A stretch of DNA of 64,000 nucleotides from positions 20,584,001 to 20,648,000 of the forward strand of contig NC_043003.1 of the NCBI RefSeq assembly GCF_006345805.1. Direction: 5' to 3'. This document shows, piece by piece, positions 13,176 through 25,607 of this stretch. The notes under the pieces are model-generated. The model was not told the DNA's origin. It was given only the letters and a program-made list of their open reading frames with translations, and searched no databases. The translations under genes were made by a program, and so were the position numbers. The stretch is from Octopus sinensis (taxonomy: Eukaryota). Positions within the stretch are counted from its first letter, which is position 1, and the number at the start of each line of letters is the position of its first letter.

Positions 13176-13373
13176 GTATATATGTGTGTATATATATATA
13201 TATATACATACATACATATACATATACACACCACACACAGAAACACACACACACAACAAACACACACACGCACGCACTCACACACACACATACATATATA
13301 TATATAAGAAAAGAAAATGATCCTCGCAATAACACACACACACACGTATATATATATATATGAATACTGTGTG

Positions 13374-13405
<32 letters not shown>

Positions 13406-13950
13406 TGTATATGTATGTATACGTACGTACGTACGTACGTATGTATGTATGTATGTATGTATGTATGTGTGTATGTATGTAAGTATGTATGCATGTATGT
13501 ATGAATGTATGTATGTATGTATGTATGTATGAATGTATGTATGTATGTATGTAGTATGTATGTATGTATGTATGTATGAATGTATGTATGTATGTATGTA
13601 TATATGTATGAATGTATGTATGTATGTATGAATGTATGTATGTTGTATGTATGTATGTATGTATGAATGTATGTATGTATGTATATATGTATGAATGTAT
13701 GTATGTATGTATGAATGTATGTATGTATATATGTATGAATGTATGTATGTATGTATGTATGTATGTATGTTGTATGTATGTATGTATGTATGTATGAATG
13801 TATGTATGTATGTATGTATGTATGTATGTGTGTATAAAGAAAGCAATCAAGGAAAAACCGATCAGCTGAACTTTCACATTCCAGATTGGAAGCGTGTTTC
13901 ATTTGTACAATTGATTCTTCAATAACACGAAGCGATTGTACGGTAATAAC

Positions 13951-14002
<52 letters not shown>

Positions 14003-14113
14003 ATCGTAACTGGGTTGTCATTGAAAACAAAATCTATTTCGAGTAATGTTTTGAAAGTAAGCCACTGGACAAAGTGATACGTATACAGTGATATATACAC
14101 GTGTGTATACATG

Positions 14114-14168
<55 letters not shown>

Positions 14169-14300
14169 GTGTGTGTGTGTGTGTGTGTGTGTTTGTATGT
14201 GTATGTATGTGTGTATGTATGTACGTATGCATGTAAGTATATATTTGCATGAGTGTGTGTGTATATGTGTGTGTATATGTGTGTGTATATGTGTGTGTGT
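13030..14300. repeat. Compound microsatellite block: (TA)n, (CA)n, ~430-bp (ATGT)n with recurring ATGA variants, (AGT)n, (TG)n
   Basis: Seen directly; explains the long YIHT/VCVC ORFs. Confidence 0.95.
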
Positions 14301-14668
14301 CTGCGTATATCAAATAGTGATATACTACTCTATTGGTTATTCATTTATTTCTACTTTTGTTCTTATACATTTAACACCTGCATCCACACTGAAAATGTAG
14401 ACGATGTGAATCTCCTCTGGTTTATTTACGATTAGCCTTGTTATTCTAAAGTTGCACAATTGATAACGCCAGTGGAAATGTCATGTGGTATTTTGGTTCT
14501 GTGCTCAAATCCTGCCAAGTTTGAATATATTTTTCAAGCTTTTAATATTGATCATCTACATACCTGTCAAGCATAAGAATACGTTGTGGCCTCGTTAGAA
14601 ATCTCGTTAGAAATCCTTACGATAGAGTCGCAACTTATCAATTAAGCCGAGTGACAGAATCTAAATGA

Positions 14669-14671
14669 ATG
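14669..14671 (+). CDS. Predicted coding exon 1 (start codon only; remainder 5' UTR, 5' boundary unknown) of an uncharacterised ~539-aa protein
   Basis: ...TAAATGAATG|GTAAGT: canonical donor at 14672-14677, in-frame TGA immediately upstream, phase 0 matching the only open frame of exon 18921-18997 (gives MSTKAHRR...). Confidence 0.5.
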
Positions 14672-15097
14672 GTAAGTAATTTTCTGTCACAAGTGCTATG
14701 CTTGCCGTAAAAGTTCTTTAATCGCAAAATCCACTCTTATATTTTTAAATACAGTAAGACAGAGTAAGTTATATTTGCAAGTAGCCGCCATATTGTAAAC
14801 ATCGCTTTAGTTTGCAGTGTTTACTCAAATCTTTATAAAAGAACAACTAAGTTAACGTTAATAAATTTAATGTGTTATAAGGTTGCTAGGTGGTAGAATT
14901 GTTTGAACGCCTGGCAAAATGCTTACTAGTATTTCGTTCTGAGTTCAAACTCCGCCAGAGACGACTTTACATTTTATCCTTTTGGAGCCGATAAAATACG
15001 TACCAGTTGAGCACTGGGGTTGATGTTATCGACTTACCCTCTCCGCCACATTGCTGGCCTTGTGTCATACTTTGAAACCAATGTATTTAATGGACTG

Positions 15098-15302
15098 AGG
15101 CGGTGAGATGGCAGAATCAGTACCGTGCCGAGCAAAATGCTCCGCGAGTTTTTACCTGAGTTCTGAGTTTAAATTCTGCCAAGTTCGACTTTGCCTTTCA
15201 CTCTTTCGAGGCCGATAAGTACCAGTTGAGTACTGGAGTCGATGTAATCAACTTACGCCGTCTCCCAAACCTGCTGGCTCTGTACCAAATTGTGAAAAAA
15301 CA
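15098..15302 (+). mobile_element. SINE B with 14-bp TSD
   Basis: TSD TATTTAATGGACTG at 15084-15097 and 15303-15316; another degraded B copy at ~14880-15080. Confidence 0.85.
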
Positions 15303-15316
15303 TATTTAATGGACTG

Positions 15317-15600
15317 GTTATAAAACTGATGAAGTGCTTCATCGGACAAATGCAAAGAGGTCATTATTCTCAGCTATCAAGAAGAAAAAAAAAGCTAAAG
15401 CGCTTTGATCACATATTAAGAGCACAAGAGATACAACGACTATTAGAAGGAAAGATAAATTAAATGACAAACGCTTAAAAGGAAGACCTTGGGGAAAAAA
15501 ACTGAACTAAATTATATGTTAAATATGTTAGAATGACAGAGGAAAAACCCGAAATGGAAATCCTTGATATTCAACCCTGAAAGAGCAGACGACACCTGGT
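15317..15600 (+). mobile_element. Degraded 3' fragment of an RTE-like LINE ORF2
   Basis: Remnant DEVLHRTNAKRSLFSAIKK...FDHILR...QRLLEGKI...KGRP, matching the post-RT region of RTE-type elements. Confidence 0.6.
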
Positions 15601-16145
15601 AAATGAATGAACGTATTATGAATCTGACTAGTAATAATCATACAGAGAGGATAAAATAATATTAGACAAATAGCTAATATTTTCATTCTTTCGACAAGAA
15701 CGAAAGACTATACCAGACATGTTTAGTCTCATTAGAACATATTTTTCTTGAAGCATAGATAATTGTCCATTGGTTAGTTCAGTGAAATATAATTGCATAG
15801 ATTCGAAAGTTTCCATGAGATTGTTTTCCACCAAGATGATTTATCAAAATATCCGAGAGTATTCCGAACACCACAGTAGTAACTTTTTGAACGAAATCAC
15901 TAACATTGCAGCAACATTATTATTATTTCCAGAACACATGGCAGAGTCGTACTGATGCAATATCTGGTAATTATATCCACTAGGCAGCTAAGATAGATAT
16001 ATAATGAATATATATAATATATATATAGATATATATATCATCAATATATATATATGTTATGTAGTTATATATGTAATATATATATATTTGTATATATATT
16101 GTATATATATATACATATATATACATATATATATATTATACGTCG

Positions 16146-17241
16146 CGCAGGAAGGCCTATGGATTAGTGTTTCTGTATGCCTTCGAAACATGCCTGACTC
16201 CTCTAGCGACAGCTATGACGGGGGTTTGGCCTGTGTAACCTGTCCTGTATTCGGTTTTTTCGTTTTCCGTTTTTCTTGTTTTTTGTTTTTTGGCTTTTTC
16301 TGTTTCTACGTCTTATTGTGATGTCCTGTACTTCCGTTAATATTTATATATGCTGTATATATACATGTAGATGTAGGTACGTACATAATATGTTTGTATG
16401 TATGCATATATTTTTAATTTATCTCCTTATTGTCTGACAGCGCCCCGCTCAGGTTCCTTCGATTCGTCTTTCGATCCCTTCTTGGTCCCTTTTTATATAT
16501 ATTATTATTTGAAGATGCGGGTATCTCTCTCCCTTTGCTTTAAACCTCTTCAATCTTTCTCCCTCCCCCCCTCCTTCTCTTCGCCGGTGTCCCCCCCTCC
16601 TTCCCTCTCCTGCCTCTAAAACAAAATTCCTTTCACGTGGTTACCACTATTGAAAAGACTGCCTCCACGCGCTGCTTACTACACTTTCGTCCTTGCCACA
16701 AAAGGCTTCTTCGTTCGTCCCCTGTGTGGTTATTTCCTGTATAGTATTCTTGTTATTTTCTCGTTTTTGTAACTAATTGTACTTTTTTGTACATGTATTT
16801 TTTTTTTGCAGTTTTATTGTTTGTCTATGCCAGAAAAAAGGCTTTTTCGTTCGTCCTCTTGTGTTTGTTTTTGTACATGTATTTTAATTTTGCAGTCTTA
16901 TTGTTACGTCTTGTTTGTGTTCGTACTCTTGTGCCCCGCTGCTTGAATTTTATTTTAATTCTCTCGCAGGAAGGCCTATTGGATTAGTGTTCTGTTATGC
17001 CTTCGAAACATGCCTGACTCCTCTAGCGACAGCTGATGACGGGGGTTTTGTCCTTGTGTAACCGTCCTGTATTCGGTTTTCGTTTTCCGTTTTCTTGTTT
17101 TTTGTTTTTTGCTTTTTCTGTTCTACGTCTTATTGTGATGTCCTGTACTTCCGTATAATTATTTATATATGCATGTATATCTACATGTAGATGTAGGGAA
17201 GACATATATGTTTGTATGTATGCATATATTTTTATTTATCT

Positions 17242-17244
<3 letters not shown>
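16146..17244 (+). mobile_element. 1.1-kb non-coding element with ~281-bp terminal direct repeats (pLTR/TRIM-like) embedded in (TA)n
   Basis: DR1 16146-16427 and DR2 16965-17244 differ mainly by single-base indels; 537-bp pyrimidine-rich interior. Confidence 0.75.
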
Positions 17245-17288
<44 letters not shown>

Positions 17289-17363
17289 ATACCATACATA
17301 AATAATATGTACATATATATAATATAGGCATAAAATGTATACATATATATATAACATATATAT

Positions 17364-17406
<43 letters not shown>

Positions 17407-17764
17407 ATATATATATATATATACCTTCCATTGCTATTTGCATCGTTGCCGTATTTTTGGATACATATTCTGGAATATCTAATATTTGTTTAGGGATTTC
17501 TAGTATATGGAAGTTTTGCTGCATATCTCTCTCCATCACACACACACACTCTATATATATGTACGTATGTAAAATACGTACATATTGTCCTACTCACCTA
17601 TCCAGCTCAGTGGTATCATTCGAAACAAAGGGAAGCGCATTGTTACCAGCAGTGTATAACAATATGTGATAGTCTGGTTGATACTGTGATACCGTATACA
17701 TGTGTGTGTGTGTATAATGTAATACTGTTTCCTTCGATATATATATATATATAATATATATCAT

Positions 17765-17952
17765 TCACCATAATGGTTTGTTAGCCACTACACATTCATT
17801 ATTTTCTCTCTTCTTTCTTTCTGTGTTCCTTTCTGTGGAAGAGCGTAGGCTCGAAGCGTTAAGGACTTTTTCACTTCCCGAGCGTTAAACTAATACATCT
17901 GTTTGTTGCCTACACCACCTGTCTTCGTCTTTTGGTTTCTTATGAATTCTTC
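17765..17952 (+). mobile_element. Penelope-like pLTR fragment with degraded hammerhead
   Basis: Same family as 26030-26160; between (TA)n and (CA)n/(TA)n. Confidence 0.65.
17828..17865 (+). ncRNA. Minimal hammerhead-like motif, mutated (CUGUGGA-A-GAGC-GUAG-GCUC-GAAGCGUU)
   Basis: Stem II perfect; A6U, and A15.1 changed to G; probably inactive. Confidence 0.45.
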
Positions 17953-17966
17953 CCACACACACACAC

Positions 17967-18032
<66 letters not shown>

Positions 18033-18052
18033 TCACATATATATATCTTAAT

Positions 18053-18645
18053 AGAGGTCACAAAAGTGACAGAGGGTGCTGACTAGCACCGCTTATGCTA
18101 AAATAAGAACTAACATATCTCTAAATCTACTAACACACTATATTTAATGACTGACAAAGAGGGATAAGTCCCTAGCGTACACGGCCGTATCGCGATTTCG
18201 AATTTTGGTGCAGATCACCTTAATCCTCAGCAGCAGCTCTTAATACCTGGGGTTAAACTCAATTTCTTTTGTCAATCTTATAAGAAAAATCATTTGCTGA
18301 TTTTCAAAACAGTAAAAATGTAAACAGCAAATTAAAAGCGTGACTTATTAGCAATTAGACCCTAAAGGCAAAATTATAAGACATCGCAAAAGTGAAGGTG
18401 CTGACTATCACCGATTATGCTAAAATGCACCAAAATTCGAAATCGCCATACGGCTGTGTATGCTAGGGACTCACCTCCCTTTGTCATTCATTAGATATTG
18501 TGCTTTAGTGGCTTTAGAGTTAATTTAACTCTGATTTTAGTATAAGCGGTGGTAATCATCACCATTCGTCACTTTTGTGTCTTCTGTTAATTTTTTACTT
18601 TAAGTTCTAATTGCTAATTGCTAATAAGCCACCCTTCAAAGTTGC
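18053..18645. mobile_element. Foldback/MITE-like element with ~160-bp diverged inverted arms and an extra internal terminal copy
   Basis: Arm 18053-18212 vs reverse complement of 18426-18585; 18330-18425 repeats the terminal motif. Confidence 0.75.
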
Positions 18646-18703
<58 letters not shown>

Positions 18704-18920
18704 TGTGTGTGTACATGTATGTGTGTGTTTGGGTGTGCGTGTGTACATGTGTGTGTGTACATGTGTGTGTGTACATGTGTGTGTGTGTACATGTGTGTGT
18801 GTGTACATGTGTGTGAGAGAGAGAGAGAGAGAGGCAGGCAGACAGACAGATAGATGTATACCTATGTACATAATTAGAGCATTTAAAAAACATAACTTCC
18901 ATTTTTTTTTTCTCTTGCAG

Positions 18921-18997
18921 TCTACCAAAGCCCATCGCAGAAACCCGCCGCCACAAAGAAATAAGGATATTTTTGATTTAGCCACAACAATGATAAG
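18921..18997 (+). CDS. Predicted coding exon 2 (77 bp, phase 0 to 2): STKAHRRNPPPQRNKDIFDLATTMI(R)
   Basis: Strong acceptor TTTTTTTTTTCTCTTGCAG, donor AG|GTAAAG; only one of three frames is open. Confidence 0.65.
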
Positions 18998-19233
18998 GTA
19001 AAGATATTCTGTTTCATGTTTCAAGGTTTGCTTTCTTCAAATACAATCATCCGTATGTGCCTTCAACATAAACTCTCATGTATTCAACGAGTAAAGTTTG
19101 AGTATTCTTATTTTCTTGTTCTCTTTTAAGACGTTCACTAGGTAACGTACGGAAGAATCTCATCATTGGCTGATACCACTGGCTGCATTATTCTACACAT
19201 TGTAATTTAATAAATATACCATCATTTGACTAA

Positions 19234-19614
19234 TCTCTCTATATATAAAGCTGAAGTTGTCTGTGTATGGCAGGTTTGGTAGCCTTCAACTAACACTATC
19301 TCCTCCGAGACTCTGCAGTGCAAGTTGACCAAAATTGAGAGTATGATAGAAGAAGGCTTGCTCTTCCTTCCATAGAAGAAAATATTCAAATCGGACCATG
19401 TTAACACCAAAAATTACTTACATCAAAAAGGTGCTTTTTTTCTATAAAAATCCCCATTTTTTTGATTTTTTGACTGCTGTGTCGACATTTTTCGGTGTAT
19501 TTCAACCAGGAACATGTTCACTTAAAGAGAATAACAAGCTACATAATGCAAAAATTTTACTTTTCAAAAATTCCAATTCTAAAGGGTCGAAACAAACCCG
19601 AGCGATACTGCTAG
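19234..19614 (+). mobile_element. Non-autonomous Helitron (Lep1-like termini)
   Basis: A|TCTCTCTATATATAAAGCTGAAG... 5' end; ...AACCCGAGCGATACTGCTAG|T 3' end with the hairpin partly deleted. Confidence 0.75.
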
Positions 19615-20219
19615 TTAGAAATAATCCTACTAGTGTTATTAAACAATAGCAGGATGTCTAGCAGATAAAAAAAACGGCGTAGAGACTCCCTCGTTCTCTC
19701 AGACTAAATATAAAGGATAGTAGTTGACAGTATTTTAATGTAAGGTCCACATTGAATATACAACGATGGATTTTTTTTTAGTCCCACCATGCAGTGTAAT
19801 ATCAAAATTACTTATCAAAATGGCTTCTCCTTGTTACCTTGGCCACTTTACGCGACGATATTCTAATATTCTATGTAGGTATAGATCCTTCTACACCAAG
19901 AGATTCAGGGTACTTTGTGCCAACCGTCCACTGCTTCCCACCAGGTTTGGCTTTGGTGTGCAGTTATACTCGCACCTTCTCCTTCAATTCCTATTGGCTT
20001 GGCTTGGTACATCTTGCAAATCTCACAATTTCATTCATGTTATATCATACTACAATGCATTCTGTAATGTATAATTCTGATTATTCATCAGAATATATGC
20101 ACTCACTGAAGTATTCAAGAATATACAAGAAATTTATTCATTTAGTAAATAAGCAGACATGTACAAGTATACAAATATATCTGTAGGATGATTTCTAAAT
20201 CAAACAATGTTAAATACAC

Positions 20220-21036
20220 ACTTATGTGTATATATATATATATATGTATGTGTATGTATGCATACATGTATGCATGTGTGTATATATATGTATGTATATG
20301 TATGCATGTATTTATGAATGTATTTATGCATGCGTGTGTATCTGCATGTGTGTGCATGTACGCATGTATGTATATATGTTTGTATATGCATATATGTATA
20401 AATATATACATACCGGAGCAAGAACATAATTGTGAAACAAGGTGGAAAAAAGAGTACTCAAATACCAGAGGTAGAGTAATATGGTTTACTTAAAAGCAGC
20501 AGAAATATATACATATACACATATATATATATGTGTGCGTGTGTGCGTGTGTGTGTGCGTGTGTGTGTGTGCGTGTGTGTGTGTGTGTGCGTGTGTGTGT
20601 GGTGTGTGTATAATATATATATATGTACGTATATAAATATTATATATATATATATATACATCAAATTGGCTAATACCCATTCTTATGATGCATTGATGTG
20701 CATAGGTTACATATATTTGTGGCATTGAATGCTAAACTTTCAGTTGCACATAGGTCAAATTAGATTAATTATTACTGCAGTAATTAGGAACTGAGGGGAA
20801 TTGAACAAGATCATTATCTGCACAGTTAAGAATTATTAATTATTATATTTGGTAAACTATGTTTTAATTAACATATAGTTACATAGTTTTATGGACCAGC
20901 ATGTCAAAGAGGTTTTAATCTCATATGTGCAAGATTCATATTGCGTTAGATCAAAAAGATATGTATATATATTTATGGTGGGGGACAGGGCGTCTCGATT
21001 GATCATAAATAGAAACTAAACATTTTATATGTATAT

Positions 21037-21095
<59 letters not shown>

Positions 21096-21283
21096 GTATA
21101 CATATATATATATATATATATATGTATGTATATCTATATGTATATATATATATATGCATATATATATATATTGTGTTGTATATGTATGTGTGTGTATGTA
21201 TATATATAAATATGTATATATATGCATGTATGTATATATATATATATGTGTATATATATGTATATATATATGTATATATATAT

Positions 21284-21320
<37 letters not shown>

Positions 21321-21510
21321 GTATATATATATATGCATGTATGTATATATATGTGTATATTATTGTATTATATATATATGTGTGTTATATATACATTATA
21401 TATATATTGTATGTATGCATGTATATATGTATGTAATATATGTATGTATATATATATATATGTATGTATAATATATATATATGTATGTGTGTCTGTATAT
21501 ATATATGTGT
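20220..21510. repeat. Compound (TA)n/(TATG)n/(TG)n microsatellite blocks
   Basis: Seen directly. Confidence 0.9.
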
Positions 21511-22429
21511 CTAGGGAGAGTCTTTATGCTAACATTATTAACACATGCTGGTTTAAGTTCACTCCTTTATTATTAGTCAATTGATTAAATATACAACTAA
21601 TTAATCGATGGTTAATTAATATGGTTAAACACTAAGTCGTTTGTTTGTTTGTTCTTTCGTTTGTCGCAGCTCTTTCATTGTGACTTGCAGTCTTCCCAAT
21701 GACTTTTGACTTAGTTACGATGGCTGCGTTGGTCTGCTTCGGACTTTGTTGCGTGCATTTGTGTACATGCCAGTGTGCGCGTGTGCTTGCGTAGTATGTA
21801 TTCTTCTATGCATTTATGCGTTTGTGTGTGTGTGTGTGCGCCCGCGTACGTTTGTGTGTGTGTGTTTGTGTATGTACGTATGTGTGTGAGGTTTGTGTGT
21901 GTGTTGTGTTCGTACTTCTGCTTCCTTGTTCGACCGTGATTGAGTGTTTCTATACGTATGAGTTTCAACGCACGAAATCACATAAGCAACCTTTATGTTC
22001 GCCACACGCACACGCTTATGCCTTTATACATTCAGTGAAACTTTTCATCGACTGCTATTTCCATAAAAAAAAATTGGTGCCTTGTAGTGCCATTATTTCC
22101 TATTTATAATTCTTACTTTACGGTGCTTTACTTAGGTGAAAAATAATGCTATTGTATTGCAATAATATTTATAATTTATATATATGTATGTATATATATA
22201 TGTATATATATTTATATATATCTAATATAGGATAAAATTTTTCGAAAAAATTTTTATCAATGGCCAGCATATTAAAAAATACCTTTAATGGTTAAATTTA
22301 TAAATAACCTATAAAACAAGGGCAAAATAAAAAAATTATAATGCCAAATATGTATGTATGTATATATGTATGTATTATGTATGTATGTATGTATGTATGT
22401 ATGTATGTATGTATGTATGTATTTGTTTG

Positions 22430-22635
22430 TGGATCGTTGGCGATTTTTTTCCTCTGTCTTCCTTTTCTCTTGCACTTTCCTCCGTCTCCTGTTTCTGACG
22501 AAGAGCTTTGCTCAAAAGGTAAAACTACTTTTCTTTCCTTCCCTGAGCGTCTGCTAATACTTTGCATCTACCACGTCCTCGTGTTGCTGTTTTTTTTATC
22601 TTGTGTTTTTCCTCTTTTTATTTGGGATTAATTAT
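22430..22635 (+). mobile_element. Penelope-like pLTR fragment ending in (TA)n; its tail recurs at ~24175-24235
   Basis: CCACGTCCTCG(T/C)GTTG...TATTTGG(G)ATTAA(T/C)TATATA shared by the two loci; contains a hammerhead motif. Confidence 0.65.
22491..22525 (+). ncRNA. Minimal hammerhead motif, catalytically mutated
   Basis: GUUU-CUGACGA-A-GAGC-UUU-GCUC-AAAAGGUA-AAAC: stems I and II perfect, G12 changed to A. Confidence 0.6.
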
Positions 22636-22938
22636 ATATATATATATAGGTTGTGGTTGACTACAGCTGCTGCAGAAGCGTTCTTTTTTGATGAACGAAA
22701 CTATTACGTCATGCAAACGTTTCCTTCAGGTGTATAACGATAAAAATTAACAATCAGAACTTCTCACAAAACAAAAGATAGTCAGACGGCTCAATCAACC
22801 TAATGTCGGCGGGAGAGTGAGTAGCTTAAGTTGTCACTAAGTTTATGGGCACTATCCGTAAATCTACCTTGGTGATTTTACCATTTAAATATCTAAATAT
22901 CTAATTCTTTCGGATTCTGAAAGTTTTATATATATATA

Positions 22939-23046
22939 TGGCACCTTGGGCAAGTGTCTTCTACTATAGCCTCAAGCCGACCAAAGCCTTGTGAGTGGAT
23001 TTGATAGACGGAAACTGAAAAGAAGCCCGTCGTATATATCTATATG

Positions 23047-23117
<71 letters not shown>

Positions 23118-23346
23118 CTGTGTTTGTGTGTGTGTCTGTGTTTGTCCCCCCCCAACATCGCTTGGCAACCGATACTGGTGTGTTTATGTCCCCGTAACTT
23201 AGCGGTTCGACAAAACAGACTGATAGAATAAGTACTAGACTTACAAAGAATAAGTCCTGGAGTCGATTTGCTCGACTAAAAGGCGGTGCTCCAGCATGGC
23301 CGCAGTCAAATGACTGAAACAAGTAAAAGAGTAAAAGAGTAAAGAG
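22939..23346 (+). mobile_element. 5'-truncated SINE A with long internal (TA)n(TG)n and (GTAAAAGA)n tail
   Basis: Family A body and tail GCGGTGCTCCAGCATGGCCGCAGTCAAATGACTGAAACAAGTAAAAGA. Confidence 0.9.
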
Positions 23347-23384
23347 TATATATATGTGTGTGTGTGTGTGTGTGTATGTGTATA

Positions 23385-23736
23385 CATATGGCAAATAAGG
23401 AAACGGAGAAGATTTAAAATCGACAGACATCAGCCAATAAACATTCAAGTAAGTCTATTTATTCAATTGTAAAGGATGAATACGCTCACTTGTATGACTT
23501 ATGCAGATTAGGGTGTGGAAAAAGCTGGTAACTGCACAGACAAGAGTGTGAATACATATAAGCATATAGAAACAAATGGGCAACTGAACAAATGAGCTTT
23601 TTTCACTCGCTAATCTGTTTAATTCATACATGTGAATGTATTCATCCTTTACAATTGAATAAATATATATACTTGGATTTTTACTGGCTGATGTCTGTCG
23701 AGTTTATATCCTCTCCGTTTTCTTATTTGCCGTATA
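23385..23736. mobile_element. MITE with ~140-bp inverted arms (Tc1/mariner-like TA ends)
   Basis: 23385-23526 vs reverse complement of 23595-23736; terminus TATACGGCAAATAAG. Confidence 0.8.
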
Positions 23737-23929
23737 AATCATCGGTAAATAACTCTTTTACCTCCGCCCAGATATAATACTCAATTGCGAAATTGCCATG
23801 CAAAAATCTAGCACTTGACTATGCATAATTGGGTGCACTACCAGCATTAAATTGGATAGATACTATCCCTTAGTTGGTTTCTCAACCTCTAACTCACACA
23901 GAAAAACAATGGGAAAAAACAACAGGGAT

Positions 23930-24128
23930 CGTACTATAACGAGATAAACACGTGAGCTGGGCGAGCAGAGGCTGCAGTTACTGGGAGATCGTGTGCGAGC
24001 TCAGCGCCGACTAGCGGTCGCATGTATGAAACTTGCTAGTACTGCGGATTTCTACTCGTACTTCAAGACAAAAATTCGCACAAGCCTTGGCTCGTACAAT
24101 GGTTCCCTCGTAATGCGAGGTTCTACTG
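23930..24128 (-). mobile_element. Tigger/pogo-type terminal fragment
   Basis: TA|CAGTAGAACCTCGCATTACGAG terminus on the - strand; left boundary approximate. Confidence 0.6.
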
Positions 24129-24230
24129 TATAATATATGATATATATATATATATGAGCGTCCAATAATACTATATTTGTTCCACGTCCTCGCGTTGTTG
24201 TGTTTTCTCTTTGTGTTTTCATATTTGGAT

Positions 24231-24278
<48 letters not shown>

Positions 24279-24314
24279 AACATACATGCATACAGACAGA
24301 CGTATACATACACA

Positions 24315-24680
24315 CAGGGTGATTCAAAAGTCTCCATACATTTATTTTTTTTTATAAGAAACGGTTTAAAACATCCCCTAGATCCCTTGATCTGATCCCT
24401 CTTGATTTCTATTTTTGGGGGCATTTGAAAGGCATGGTGTATCGCGGAAAGATAAAAGACATAAATTATTTGAAGGAAGGCATCACCAACTAATTTGCGC
24501 AGGTATCACCATATGTGCTATTATGAGTTCACAATGAGTGGGGTAAATGTATTGCAATGTGTATTCAAAACATTGGCAACCACATAGAGCCTGTTAAATA
24601 ATAATAAAAACTGTTCTTATATACTGTTTCTTGTAAAAAGATACATTGTTCCTATGTATGGCGACTTTTGAATCACCCTG
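24315..24680 (+). mobile_element. Internally deleted mariner element (366 bp)
   Basis: TIRs CAGGGTGATTCAAAAGTC(T/G)CCATACAT; TA at the right end; residual SPRSLDLIPLDFYFWGHLKGMVY (WPPRSPDL motif region). Confidence 0.9.
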
Positions 24681-24694
24681 TACATATAGATTGA

Positions 24695-24703
24695 CAGACA
24701 GAC

Positions 24704-24748
<45 letters not shown>

Positions 24749-25120
24749 TATAGATAGATAGATAGATAGATAGATGGATGGATGGATGGATGGATGGATG
24801 GATGGATGGATGGATGGATGGATACATACATACAAACATATAGACATACATACATACAAACATATATACATAGATACATAAATACATACAAACACATGCA
24901 AACATACCTATATACGTATATACATAAATACATACAAACATATATAGATACATACAAACATGCATACTTATATACATATATGCAAACATACATACATACA
25001 AACATACATACATCCATGCACATATAGATATATACATTCGTGCATATATAGATATATACATACATACATACATACATACATACATGCACACATACATACA
25101 TACATGTATTACACACATAC
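24695..25120. repeat. Compound (GATA)n(GGAT)n(CATA)n microsatellite
   Basis: Seen directly. Confidence 0.95.
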
Positions 25121-25607
25121 ATAAATGACGAGTTTCTAGTTTCTGTCTACCAAATTCATTCACAAGGTATTGGTCTGCTCGGTGCGATAGTAGTAAACAC
25201 TTGCTCAAGGTGCTGTACATTGAGAATGCGCCCGGAAACATTTGTACATCGAGCTTCTTAACCAAACAGTTATGCCTGTTCCTATTTTGCTTTCATTGTT
25301 ACGACAAGAAGTCATTCACCTTCAGCGTCAACATCTTGCAGCTATGTAAATGTTATTGCGACAATGACCGTATTTATTAGTATTTTTTAAGTTAACAGGC
25401 TGCAACAATTGTTATCGGTCACTGCGAGTAGTGGTCAGTGAATGCCGGTGAATTGTTCAATAACAACTTAAAACGGACGATTCTCCCTTGATATTAAGCT
25501 GTCGACAATACTATCGTGGATCTAATTGCATAACCTAAATACAAAAGAATATAAATTCGTATACGGACGTACACACACATTAATATATATATATATATAA
25601 TATATAT

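Noticed and set aside
13072-14400. Long ORFs of 200-380 aa (YIHT, VCVC, poly-I/Y/N), here and at 21029, 24594, 35736, 36352-40722, 54513 and 63012
   Set aside because: Translations of microsatellites; no coding signal.
15628-15960. Protein-like - strand ORF (NNLMETFESMQLYF...)
   Set aside because: Tandem stops upstream, no recognisable family, no partner exons.
16146-16220. Complete hammerhead in the direct repeat (also 5990-6040)
   Set aside because: No CUGANGA before stem II and U16.1 is absent; a type II arrangement fails to form stem I.
19776-20186. Strong AG acceptor and a DDILIF / YADD-like motif
   Set aside because: Stop in the phase required by exon 2; no further RT motifs, so neither exon nor retroelement is supportable.
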